Of a DNA stretch of 64,000 nucleotides, positions 23,321-34,400 are shown piece after piece. The DNA lies in the NCBI RefSeq assembly GCF_018350175.1, contig NC_058379.1:15066001-15130000 (forward strand). Direction: 5' to 3'. Every line of letters begins with the position of its first letter. Position 1 is the stretch's first letter. The notes under the pieces are model-generated. The model saw only the letters and a program-made list of their open reading frames with translations, searched no databases and had not been told where the DNA came from. The translations under genes and the position numbers were made by a program. The DNA comes from Felis catus (Eukaryota).

Positions 23321-23789
23321 GTCACTGGGCCCAGGGAGCCTGGGGTACCTGCCCATGCCAAGGCTGAACCTCCAGCAGCTGGAGGTCTGGAGGTTCAGAA
23401 ATCCTTTGGGCTCATTTAGCCTTTAACTGCCTCCTTCCTACCCACCTCTCACCCTTCCAAAGGCCTCTCTGTATATTGGGAGCAGCCACCACCCTTGCTG
23501 CACCAGCTTTCAGCTGTCACTTTCTTCCCCAAGCCATATGGCACTGGAGCTTTCTGCAGAGGGAGCCGAGAGGCAGTGAGGGAGAAGTAAGTGAATGTGC
23601 CAGGCCAAGTCAGCAGCTTCATCCTCAGGGTCATGGCCACTACTCTGCTAATTATTTTGAGGGTGATGAGGTGGTTCAGGCTGGGGATGACAAAGAGAGC
23701 CGTTTATTGACTGCTTGCTATGTGCCAGGCTCTGTGCTAAGTGCCCCGCAGTAGGATCTTATGTCATCACATCCAATAGCCATAGGAAC

Positions 23790-24230
23790 AGGCATACTAG
23801 GATTCTTCCGGTTATAAGTAGTAGAAACACAGTCCAATCTGGCTTGAGGGGAGGAAAGACTTTTGGCTCACGAAATGGCAAAGTCAGGGGGAATTAGGCA
23901 CAGCTGGATCCAGGAGTTTAAATAATGCCACCAGTCTCTTGCCATCATTCTACTGTGCCTTCTTCCATGCTGGCTTCACTCTCAGGCAGCTTCTCTGTTC
24001 TCTGCCATTCAGTGATGGCAAGTTGGCATCTAGCATTGATAGGGGTGCCGGTAACCAGCTCAGCAAACCCACTGGGAAGAGTGGGTCTCTCTTCTATGGT
24101 TCATACCATTATGGTGTCTCATTGGACCACGTTGGGTCTTATGTTAATTTCTGAACCAGTCATCGTGGCTGGGGATGGAATACTCTGATCGACCTAATTC
24201 CCATTTCATCAGTGTGACAGTGTCCATCTC
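23790..24230 (-). mobile_element. MaLR LTR (MLT1-type, old)
   Basis: 'aggattcttccggttataagtagtagaaacac...aggcacagctggatccaggagtttaaataatg'. Confidence 0.6.
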
Positions 24231-24621
24231 TGAATGATGACCTCAGCCATGAAATGAGGCTAACAGTGTCTGTCTGTGGTGTGTGCGGAAGCCCCCAGCA
24301 CTGCTCCAGGCCCGTGGCAGGCGCTCAGGAAGTGCGGCTGTCAGCGCAGGGGAACATTACTGCGTCCACTCTGCATCAGGAAGCGGATACTGCATAAGGA
24401 AGTAAGCCAGGCACCAGGAAAAGAAAATTCAAACCAGAGCAGAGAGGGGAGGCTTGAGGAAATGGCTCAGCTGATGCAGTGCCAGGACCTCATGAAAAGC
24501 AATGCATCAGAAATGCTTTGGTTACTCGAGTGAAAAAATCAAATTAAACTTTGCATCCGGGAGTAGGGCTGCTGAAGCCAGGAAACAATGTCAGCCTCAC
24601 CAAAAAGGGCTGTGGCTCTTT

Positions 24622-24857
24622 TATTTTTTATTATTTTTTAATTTTTTTAATGTTTATTTTTGAGAGAGAGAGAGAGAGAGAGAGACAGAGCATGAACAGG
24701 GGAGGGGCAGAGAGAGAGGGAGACACAGAATTGGAAGCAGGCTCCAGGCTCCAAGCCATCAGCCCAGAGCCCGACGCGGGGCTCGAACTCACGGACCACG
24801 AGATCGTGACCTGAGCTGAAGTCGGACGCTTAACCGACTGAGCCACCCGGGCACCCT
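24622..24857 (-). mobile_element. Can-SINE SINEC_Fc (young)
   Basis: Perfect 15-bp TSD gggctgtggctcttt (24607-24621, 24858-24872); CpGs retained. Confidence 0.98.
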
Positions 24858-25108
24858 GGGCTGTGGCTCTTTCAGCCTGAGGAAAGCCGGCCTGCTTCGT
24901 TGTCCTGGGGCCGGTCTCTCTCCAGGATGAGGTGTTTCAGCATCTCAGGTGGTTCCTCAGGATAGCTGTTGTTCCTGCTCCATCTCTGGGTGAAACCCCG
25001 TTACTCACAAGGGGGCCTTGTTTATAACAGCCTTCCCTCACTCCCCAGAGAAAGCCAGGGGCACAGAGAAGGAGGGAGTTGCAGGGAAGCAGCAAAGAAG
25101 GGCTGTGA

Positions 25109-25312
25109 TTTTTAAAAATGTTTGTTTATTTTTGAGAAAGAGAGAGTGCGCCTGCGTGAGCTGGGGAGAGGCAGACAGAGAGGGAGAAAGGGTCTGAAGC
25201 AGGCTCTGCACTGTGAAAGCAGAGCCCTATGCCAGGCTCGAATTCATGAACCGTGAGATCATGACCTGAGCCAAAATCAGACACTCAACCAACTGAGCCA
25301 CCTAGGAGCCCC
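25109..25312 (-). mobile_element. Can-SINE (older)
   Basis: TSD-like gggctgtga(t/c)tt on both sides. Confidence 0.93.
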
Positions 25313-25344
25313 AAGGGGCTGTGACTTAAAAAAAAAAACAGAGG

Positions 25345-25556
25345 GGGGGCTACCTGGGTGGCTCAGTCAACAATTAGGCATCTGACTTTGACTCAGGTCA
25401 TGATCTTGTGGTTTGTGAGTTGGAGCCCCACATCGGGCTCTGTGCTGACAGCTCAGAGCCTGGAGCCTGCTTCAGATTCTGTGTCTTCCTCTTTCTCTGC
25501 CCCTCTGCCACTCTCTATCCCTCTCAAAAATAAACAAACATTAAAAAAAGAAAAAA
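25345..25556 (+). mobile_element. Can-SINE
   Basis: 'ggggctacctgggtggctcagtc...aaaaataaacaaacattaaaaaaagaaaaaa'. Confidence 0.93.
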
Positions 25557-25559
25557 ATG

Positions 25560-26680
25560 TGTAGCTGCCCAATACTTTGGTCAAATGGAATCTTACTATG
25601 AGCTCTAACATGGAGAGTGGATCTGTCGAGGAAACGCTTAGTGGAAACTCTTTGGGTAGCATTTTTGCAATATTTAGTAAAGCTCAATAAACATGGGCAC
25701 ATTCTATGGCCCAGCAATTCCACTTGTTGGTATGTACCTAAAGAACCAAGTCTCGAACTTCTGTGGGCAGATGAGGCACTGAGGATCTTATTAAAATGAG
25801 GATTCTGATTCAGTAGGTCCTGTAGGGGCCTGAGATTCTGTATTTCTGGCTGGCTCCCAGGTGATGCTTGGACCACAGTCTGACTAGTAAGGCCCAAGGG
25901 AATTGTTTCCTAAACTTTCTTTTGGCTCTCACTGCCAGTAAGAAATAAATTCTAGATGGCAACCCACGATACACTTATCTATAATTGAAACAATAGTTTT
26001 ATGAAGCAACAGTTACCTTTCCTATATGATGCACTCCTCATATTTCCTCTTCTCTTCTGTCAGAAACAAAAGAAAACACAAAAAACACAGCATTGACCAC
26101 AAAGCCACTGAAATGATTTCATTATTCACCAGTCTCATACCACACTTTGAGAAACAGAACCCTAGAGAAATTCTTACACACACAGACCAGGAAACAGGAA
26201 GGCTCACTGATGCATTGTTTGTAATAACAACAACAACCAAAACAAAAAGGGAAAAAAAGAAAGCAAAAGAAAGAAAACAACCTGTAAGGTCTGTCCACAG
26301 GAAAATGTATTAGGACATTTGTGGTATATGCGCACAGTGGAACTGTGAAAATAAGTGAATTTGAACCACATGCATCAACATGCATCTCAAAAGCAAAAGT
26401 CCAGTAAAAATACAAGTGGAGGAAAAATACACGTTCTACAGTACCATTTCTATACAGTTGAGAAACAGGCAAAAGAATTCTATTTGTTATTTAGGAATTC
26501 ATACATATGTAGTAAAGGTATAAAAGCTCATAAGGGAATGATTAACACTGAATTCAGGAGAGGGATTGCCTCTTGGGGAAGAGAGTGGGTTAGGATGGGC
26601 GTGCCTTTGGGGCTTTATTAGTATATGTGAAGCTTCATTTCCCAAGATGGGTGGTGAGTCCACAGTGCTCATTATATTAG
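25560..26680 (+). mobile_element. Old L1 (L1ME) fragments with a MER5-type MITE at about 25750-25890
   Basis: 'ggcccagcaattccacttgttggtatgtacc'; 'gattctgattcagtaggtcctgtaggggcctgagattctgtatttct' (MER5); 'gcattgtttgtaataac...acaacc', 'gtaaaggtataaaa'. Confidence 0.6.
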
Positions 26681-26694
26681 TCTCTCTCTTTCTT

Positions 26695-26727
<33 letters not shown>

Positions 26728-26817
26728 TTACAGGCTTGAGGCATTTCGTAGTAATTAAAATTTCAAAAAAGGAAAAAGAAAGGAGAGGGGTTTCTAGAGT
26801 GTAAATTCGTAGGGGGT

Positions 26818-27503
26818 TGTATTAATTTCCTAGGGCTTCCACAACAAATTATTTAAGATCCGGTGACTTAAAACCACAGAAGTGTATTCTTGCACAGTCC
26901 TGAAGACCAGAAGTCTGAACCAAGGTGTCCGTTGGGTGTGTCCTCTCTGGAGGCTCTGAGGAGAATATATATTCCACGCCTACTTTTTGATGACTACTGG
27001 TAACCCTTAGCGTTCCTTTGGTGGTGGGGCTTTGTTACTTCAGTTTCTGCCTCCACCTGGTCTTCTCTCCGTGCCTCAGATTTCCTTCTTCTTTCTCTTA
27101 TAAGAATACCGATCATTGAGGGGCCCCTGGGTGGCGCAGTCGGTTAAGCGTCCGACTTCAGCCAGGTCACGATCTCGCGGTCCGTGAGTTCGAGCCCCGC
27201 GTCGGGCTCTGGGCTGATGGCTCAGAGCCTGGAGCCTGCTTCCGATTCTGTGTCTCCCTCTCTCTCTGCCCCTCCCCCGTTCATGCTCTGTCTCTCTCTG
27301 TCCCAAAAATAAATAAACGTTGAAAAAAAAAATTTAAAGAATACCGATCATTGGACTTAGGGCTCACTGTAAATGCAGGATGATCTCATCTCGAGATGCT
27401 TAACTCAGTGACTTCTGCAAAGACCCCACTTCCAAATAAACTCAGAAGTATCAAGGGCTAGGACTTGGGCATATCTTTCTGAGGGCTAAAATTCAACTCA
27501 CTC
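26818..27503 (-). mobile_element. MaLR LTR (MLT1A/B/C-like) split by a SINE
   Basis: 'tgtattaatttcctagggc...cttaaaaccacagaagtgtattcttgcacagtcctgaagaccagaagtctg...gcaaagaccccacttccaaataa'. Confidence 0.8.
27119..27336 (+). mobile_element. Can-SINE SINEC_Fc (very young)
   Basis: Perfect 17-bp TSD aagaataccgatcattg (27102-27118, 27337-27353); nearly all CpGs intact. Confidence 0.98.
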
Positions 27504-27733
27504 TATGGGTATAAAACCCTGTCCATTCAACCCTTTCCTCTTGAATATTATGATGATATTGCTTATTGCAGGGTTTGCAGCCTCAGCACTGTTAACATGT
27601 TGGGATTTGGGGTTGGATAAGTCTTGTCCTGGAGGGCTTTTCTGTGCCTTGAGAGATGTTCAGTAGCATCCTTTTTTTCTACCTGGTAGGTGCAAACTGT
27701 AACTCCAGACATTGTGAAATGGCTCCTGGGGGG

Positions 27734-28139
27734 TAGGGTTGCAAGATAAAACACAGGGCCCCACCCCTGGGTGGCTCAGTCAGTTGAATGTCCGACTTTG
27801 GCTCAGGTCATAATCTCACAGTTCGTGAGTTCAAGCCCTGCATCAAGCTTACCACTGTCAGTTCCGAGCCTGCTTCATATCCTCTGTCCCCCCTCTCTGT
27901 CTGCCCCTCCCCTGCTCATGCTCTCTCTCTCTCTTGAAAATGAATAAACATTAAAAACAAAACAAAACAAACCACAGGGCCCCAGTTAAATATTACTTTC
28001 AGATAAACAATAAAGTTTTAGCATAAGTATATCCCAAATATTGCATGGGACATACTTCTATTAAAAGATTATTATTGTTTATACTGGGCATCCTAAGATA
28101 ACCCAACTCCCACCCCCACCACCAAATCAGGCAACTCTA
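27734..28139. mobile_element. MER53-like palindromic hAT MITE
   Basis: TIRs 'tagggttgc' and 'gcaactcta'; internal 'ttcagataaacaa...cccaaatattgcatgggacatact...ttgtttat'. Confidence 0.75.
27762..27968 (+). mobile_element. Can-SINE
   Basis: TSD aaaacacagggccc / aaaccacagggccc. Confidence 0.93.
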
Positions 28140-29116
28140 CCTAGGGAGAAAAATTACCCCTGGTTTAGAACAACTGACTGAGGACTGGCATTATAAATTC
28201 GTATCCATTGAGTGCTTACTCTGGGCCCACCACCGTGCTAAAGCCATGTTCATGCATTACATTTACTCCTCAAAACAACCCTGAGCAATAGATCTTATAA
28301 TTGCCCCCACAAATAAGCAGTTCCAGCTTTGAACCCAGATTGATGTTTTCACAGACACTGTGAGTTGGGTAGGAGGGTGACTGCTTGGCAGGTTGTGAAC
28401 GCCTCGTGTGCTTAGGGGGAAATGGTGCTGATGTCCAGCCCCTCGTGGTGACAGTACTGGGGTAGCCAGAACGAGAACTGCAGAACAAGTTGGCCAGAGA
28501 GGCCATAGGAGGATGGGATGTTACGGATGGTCCTGGGACGTGGGATCATTTGCCAAGAAGAGACGCAGCTGAGTAGCAGTAGTTAGCAGACCTCGGTTTA
28601 AATGTCAGCTTCACCACTAGGCATGGCCTTGAGTAGATGCTAGAGTGACATCTATTCTCCACTTCGTGTGTGCTGGGCACTGCTCAAGGGCCGGCCCTCC
28701 GGGATCTCATTTAACCCTCAAATGACTCTCCTGGGGCAGGTCATCTCACAGATGAGGATCCTGAGGCTTAAGGCAGATGAAGAAACTTGCCGCCTATCAT
28801 GAGTGAGGGGCAGAGCTGGGACTCCCACCAGGGACAGCTGGGCTCCAGGGGTCTTCCATGGATGTCTCTTTAAGGCTCAGCTTCCTCCTCTTTTCCAATG
28901 GAGGTACCATTCCCAGTCTCTTAGGTTTGATCTTAGGGTGAAATGGGTTAGTGTGCCTAAAGCGCTTAGCATAGTGCATGGCACACAGTAACGAGCAGTT
29001 CTTGTTATTAGGGGAGGGGAGTGAAGCCTGAGGCAGGGGTGTCTCCTGCCCTCCTCACAGGCTGTGTGTGTGCAGCAGGGATTGTGTCTCATGTTATGTT
29101 CATTTCATTAAAAACA

Positions 29117-29321
29117 TTTTTTTTAATGTTTATTTTTGAGAGACAGAGACAGAGCATGAGTGGGGGAGGGGCAGAGAGAGAAGGAGACACAGAATCCAAA
29201 GCAGGCTCCAGGCTCTGAGCTGTCAGCCCAGAGCCTGACACGGGGCTCGAACTCACGAGCCGTGAGATCATGACCCGAGCCGAAGTCGGACGCTTAACCG
29301 ACTGAGCTACCCGGGGACCCC
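29117..29321 (-). mobile_element. Can-SINE SINEC_Fc
   Basis: Complete antisense copy. Confidence 0.95.
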
Positions 29322-29342
29322 TTTTATATTTAAAAAAAAATC

Positions 29343-29547
29343 TTTTTAATGTTTATTCATTTTTGAGAGACAGAGACAGAGCATGAGTGGGAGAGGGGCA
29401 GAGAGAGAAGGAGACACAGAATCCAAAGCAGGCTCCAGGCTCTGAGCTGTCAGCACAGAGCCCGACACGGGGCTCAAACTCACAGACTGCGAGATCATGA
29501 CCTGAGCTGAAGTCAGGCACTTAACCAACTGAGCTACCCAGGTGCCC
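29343..29547 (-). mobile_element. Can-SINE, tandem to the previous copy
   Basis: Complete antisense copy about 20 bp from the head of the previous one. Confidence 0.95.
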
Positions 29548-29559
29548 TCACTTCCATTT

Positions 29560-29760
29560 TAAAATCAATGTGCGTTAAACACTTACTCTGTGCCAGGCAC
29601 TGTTCTGGGCCCTAAGCACGCAGCTAAAACTAAGACACAATCTTTGTCCTCAGAGTTTAGCATTTCCCCACCAAACCCAGAGGTCATAGTAGGTCCTCAA
29701 GAAATGGCTGCTGAATGAATGACTACTTGAATGAACGAATGAATGAATGAATGCAGAGAG
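29560..29760. mobile_element. LINE-2 3' ends in opposite orientations
   Basis: 'acttactctgtgccaggcactgttctggg' and 'gtaggtcctcaagaaatggctgctgaatgaatg...gaatgaatgaatg'. Confidence 0.65.
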
Positions 29761-30900
29761 CAAGTGAGTCCTGCCTTCTAACAGAGTCATCGATTCAGCT
29801 ACAACCACCATGGCTAATCCTGGGATAATGGATTAGCACTGTCTTCTAATAAAGGTGGTTTCATCCATCTGAAGGATAGGGATAATAATATATTCCTTAC
29901 AAAGCTGTTGGGTGGCTTAATTAGCTAATATTTATAAAGTGCCTCCAAAGCCACAGATAAAAGCAAGGTAAAAAACACCTTGTGCTATTGGTATTAATAA
30001 TTTACTGTTCCCCTGCACCAGGCCTTTCAGATGTGTTTCTTGAAACAGGAAGAGGTAGAGCGTAGTTTTGTGCTAATTAAACCCTAGATAAAAATCAGCT
30101 TCTCTTTTATTAGAGCAAAAACAAGCCCTTTTTCCTCTTTGCAGAATCTCTCCATTTTCCTCATACTCAGGTGAGCTGCCTTGTTTGAGAAAAACATCTG
30201 TTGTTGAGACAGTGACTTTCTCCCCCTGTAGCTATTATTTAATGCAGGCATGTCCAACTGGAGTCTTCTTGGGGCCTCATCCAGGCCCATAAAATAGTTA
30301 GAAGGGCCACAAGTGCATTTGCATAACGAATCGATGGTTTACATACAATTTGAATAAGTTCTTAGTCTGTGCAGTTATATCTTACTTGATTTCCAAAAGC
30401 GTCATCACTTCTGTTCATATAATCATAAATGTGGCAAAGATTTCAGACCCTACCAGGGCCTCATTCCCTCTTAAGTCATTTGAGGGGTAGAAGGAAGGGA
30501 CATTTGTTGAGTATCTACTGTGTGCTTACAAATTCATTTAATCATTGAGATTGCCCAGGGAACTAAAAAAGTACTGATGCCTGGTCCCCATGCTCTGAGA
30601 TTATGATGTAATTGAGAGTAACTGTTGGGGGGACAGCTTAGTGTCAGGATCTTTGAATCCTTCCTAGGTGATTCTAAGATGCAGCAAAGACTGAGAACTA
30701 CTTGTGTAATCCTCGTAAAAAACCCATGAACACCACCTCACTTGCCCCCCCCTCCCACCACCATGTTAAAGGTGTGGGGACTGAGGCTTGGGGCATTGGA
30801 AGGACATTCATGATAATATTCCTAATGTTAATAGCTGACCATTTTGGTACTTACTATGTACCAGACTCTGTGCTGACCACATTAAATGTGTGGGTGTCTT

Positions 30901-31109
30901 TTTAAAAAATTTTTAATGTTATTTATTTTTGAGAGAGAGAGAGACCACAAAGAGACGAGGCGCAGAGAGAGGGAGACGCAGAATCCGAAGCAGGCTCCAG
31001 GCTCTGAGCTGTCAGCACAGAGCCTAACATGGGGATTGAACTCACGAGCAGTGAGATCATGACCTGAGCTGAAGTTGGACATTTAACCGACTGAGCCACC
31101 CAGGTGCCC
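30901..31109 (-). mobile_element. Can-SINE within a MIR
   Basis: Complete antisense copy. Confidence 0.95.
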
Positions 31110-31123
31110 TGTGTGTGTGTCTT

Positions 31124-31139
31124 CTAATGTTTGTTTATT

Positions 31140-31193
<54 letters not shown>

Positions 31194-31295
31194 TGGTAGA
31201 GGGGCAGAGAGAGAGGGAAAGAAAGGATCCAAGCAGGCTCTGTGCTGTCAGACTTGAGCTGAAGTCACTTAACCAACTGAGCCACTGAGGCCCCC
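31124..31295 (-). mobile_element. Can-SINE with long (GA)n and an internal deletion
   Basis: (GA)n at about 31143-31187; 'gctctgtgctgtcagacttgagctgaagtc' skips the central part of the element. Confidence 0.9.
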
Positions 31296-32039
31296 TATGT
31301 GTGTCTTTTAAATTCTTGTGATGATTCTTTGAAACAGGGATCAATAATATCCTTCATTTATAGATGAACAAACTGAGGCTCAAAAAATATGTCATCTTCC
31401 CAAGTCTCCTGAATTAGCGAGAGATCATCCGCAGGGGAGACATGAGTGTGCTTAGATTAGGATCAGATTCTGTCAGGATTTGAATTTGGATGCTAACCTC
31501 TGGTTCATGCAAGATCCAACTGGTATGTTCCTTCAGAATCCTATCTTTGTCTTCTCCCATGTTCCCCTGGGCTTAGCATAGTGCTGGGCTCTTAAAGGCA
31601 CCTGGAGAATACTGAGGGTTGTCATGGAGCAGTTAGGGCCAAGGAATAAACCTTCCAAGCATTAAAGAGCAAGGCTTTTCGACCTGATCGATCAGTTCTT
31701 CCTTCCTTCCTCATCCTCTCCAATATTTTTTGAGGTCTATGCCTAAGACAGACAAGGGCTGTTATATAGCATCCAGCATTTGTCAGCCAGTATGGGAGCT
31801 TTGAATTAACCAGCAGAAGGAGGGCTGTGCTTTTTTTCCTCCCTGTAAAATGACCTGTAGCTGATCTGAGAAAATAGTTTTGGCACACCAAAGGGAAAAA
31901 TGGTGACTGTCTACTTATTTATTTGGAGTTTTTTTTTTTTTCCTCTCACCTGGAAAGTGGCAAGAGGAAAGAAATTTTGTCACATTCATTCAGCCCAGTG
32001 TGCTCCTGAACAGTGAGTCATTTGGTGCTGCGATATTCA

Positions 32040-32750
32040 AATATAAATTCATTCATTCACTCAGTGCTTTTTGAGGTCCTGCCATGTGCTTGCCACTGTC
32101 CTAGGTGATGGAGGCACATTATAAAATGTGGCAAAGTCCCTTTATCCATGGCGACCTGAATGATGAGAATAGGCAAGTCATGTGTAGATGTAGAGGACTA
32201 GTGTAGGCAGAGGGAATCGTAAGTGTGGAACCCTGGGATCCGAATGGGCTTGGTGGGTTTAAAGAACAGTAGGCCAGAATGTGGCTCACAGTGGACCAAG
32301 AGGGGAAGAGGGCCCGGGGTGGGTAGAGGCCAGGTCACACAATGCCCTGTAGCCATGATGAGGCATTTGAATGTTACTCTGTATGAGATACGAAGGTTTT
32401 GGATGGTTTTAAGCAGAGAAGCGACATTTATATTATACCCAGCTTACCCTTCCTAGGGATCACTCTGGATGCTGTTGGGAGGAGTGGAAGCCTACAGTGC
32501 AGTTAGGAAGCGTGGAAACAACCCAGGGGAGAGATGATAGTGGTTTGAATTTTAGGGGCCGGGTAGCAATAGAAGGTGGTTACAAGTGGTTGCACCTTGG
32601 CATTTATTTTAAAAGTTGAGCCTACAGGACTTGCTGATTACTTCATTTGTGTTGGGTGAGGAGAAGCGAACAATCAAGGTTGACTCTGTCTTTTTGGCCT
32701 GAATGAATTAAGGTCCTATTTCCTGAGATGAGAAGGACTGAAGGAGAAGT
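32040..32750 (-). mobile_element. LINE-2 fragments
   Basis: 'aggccagaatgtggctcacagtg...ggccaggtcacac...gttttaagcagagaag...aaagttgagcctacaggacttgctgat'. Confidence 0.7.
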
Positions 32751-32925
32751 CCATAGTCCACCAAATTTGAAAAACATCATCTGTTTTCTTTTTAGCAAAT
32801 TCACTGTAGCATATTAAAGGTTCTGAGATGGCCTGCAATAAAGACATCTGCTTTAACTTTGGTTAACTTAGAATTTCCCAGACTTATTTTTATCAAGTAA
32901 TTTTGTCCGTTATGCCACAGAACAT
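32750..32925. mobile_element. hAT-Charlie MITE fragment (family uncertain)
   Basis: 'gcatattaaaggttctgagatggcctgcaataaagac...ttaactttggttaacttagaatttcccagactta'. Confidence 0.5.
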
Positions 32926-32983
32926 GTGGTAAGAGTCTTCAGAGTTTCCTTGAGTAACAGCAGGGTTTTAGTGTGTAGAATCT

Positions 32984-33010
32984 TGTGTGTGTGTGTGTGT
33001 GTGTGTGTGT
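32984..33010. repeat. (TG)n microsatellite
   Basis: Direct read. Confidence 0.9.
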
Positions 33011-33129
33011 CCATGTGTGTGCTCAGGTTGAGGAAGTGACTTGCACTGGTGTGGTGTTCTAGATTCTGATGGATCTGCTCTGTGCTTCCTTTCTTTCCAC
33101 CTTCAAATACTTCCCTCCCATCCTCTTCC

Positions 33130-34400
33130 ATGTAACTGGTGTTCCTGCTTCCCATCCAAGTGAACCGTGTCTCCACACCAGATTAGAGAGTGCCATACCT
33201 CTGCCTGAAACTGTAAATGGCTCCCCATTGCGTCTAGGATGAAGACCAAATACTTTACTGTGGCTGCGCTGCAGGCTTTACGATATGCTCTTCTGCCTAT
33301 CTTCCCAGACACCTCGTCACTCTGGCTAAGCTGGCCTTTTTAAAGCTTCCTTGTTCTCTCTCACCTCTGTGCTTTTCCACATGTTCTTCTCTCTACCTGG
33401 AATACTCTCCAGGCTCCTTTTACTCACCTTTTGGGCGTCATCTGGGATGGCACCCCTCTAGGAGCTATCGCCTGACTTCTCATGCTTGGCTTCGGCCTCT
33501 CTTCTTTGTACTCACGATTCCCCTAGTTTCCCCCACCGAGCTTTATTGAGGCATAACTGACAAATAGAAATATGTATTTAGATGTACAGCTTGATGTTTA
33601 GGTATACATCTACATTGTGAAATAATCACCACAGTCAAACCGATATCTAGGCAATGATATTTTGGATATAACACCAAAACAAAGGCATGAAGCAAAAGCT
33701 GAAATAGACAGGTGGGTTTGCATCAAAGCTAAAAAAGCTCCTGGACAGCAAAGGGAAGAAGGCAACCCCCAGAATGGGAGAAAATATTTGCAAACCATGT
33801 ATCTGATTAGGGGTTAATATTCCAACATGTATGAGGAACTCATACAACCCAGTAGCAAAAAACCATGTAACCTGATTAAAAAATGGGTAGAGAAATATCT
33901 GGGTAGATATTTCTCAAAAGAAGACATACAAATGGCCCACAGATGTATGAAAAAGTATTCNNNNNNNNNNNNNNNNNNNNNNNNNNNNNNNNNNNNNNNN
34001 NNNNNNNNNNNNNNNNNNNNNNNNNNNNNNNNNNNNNNNNNNNNNNNNNNNNNNNNNNNNNNNNNNNNNNNNNNNNNNNNNNNNNNNNNNNNNNNNNNNN
34101 NNNNNNNNNTTGGTATGGAATGGAAATTGGTGCAGCCACTATGCAAAACAGTATGGAAGTTCCTCCAAAAATAAACAATAGAACTACCATATGATCCAGC
34201 AATCCTACTAATGGGTATGACTAGCTTTTTATACCATTTGTCACGTGGTATTTTTGTCTCTTTCCCACTAAGGGTGGAGTTTTATGAAGGCTTGACCAAT
34301 TGTCTTGTTTCCCATTATAACCCTGGTGCCTAACACAACGCCTGATACAGAGTACTAAATGCACAGTAAATCTTTATTGAGGTGAATAGATAAATGAGTG
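33130..34400 (+). mobile_element. LINE-2 3' region interrupted by an L1 at 33542-34218
   Basis: 'ctgtaaatggctccccattgcgtctaggatgaagaccaaa'...; tail 'ccctggtgcctaacacaacgcctgatacagag...gaatagataaatgagtga'. Confidence 0.7.
33542..34218. mobile_element. 5'-inverted truncated L1: minus-strand 3' end (33542-33638) fused to a plus-strand ORF2 piece (33640-34218)
   Basis: 'ctttattgaggcataactgacaaat' is the antisense L1 terminus; the plus segment encodes ...YEELIQ...IKKW...[17 protein letters not shown]...WKLVQPLCKTVWKF (ORF 33827-34174). Confidence 0.85.

Larger units (their letters stand above)
27569..28176. mobile_element. MER20 hAT MITE split by MER53, which is itself split by a Can-SINE
   Basis: MER20 'cagggtttgcagcctcagcactgttaacat...ctccagacattgtgaaatggctcctgggg' resumes as 'aaaattacccctggtttagaacaactg' at 28149-28176. 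Confidence 0.75.

Noticed and set aside
29117-31295. Regularly recurring ~210-bp repeats separated by unique sequence, superficially array-like
   Set aside because: Independent Can-SINE insertions with their own tails and TSDs; no constant spacer length, no cas genes, and eukaryotic context.
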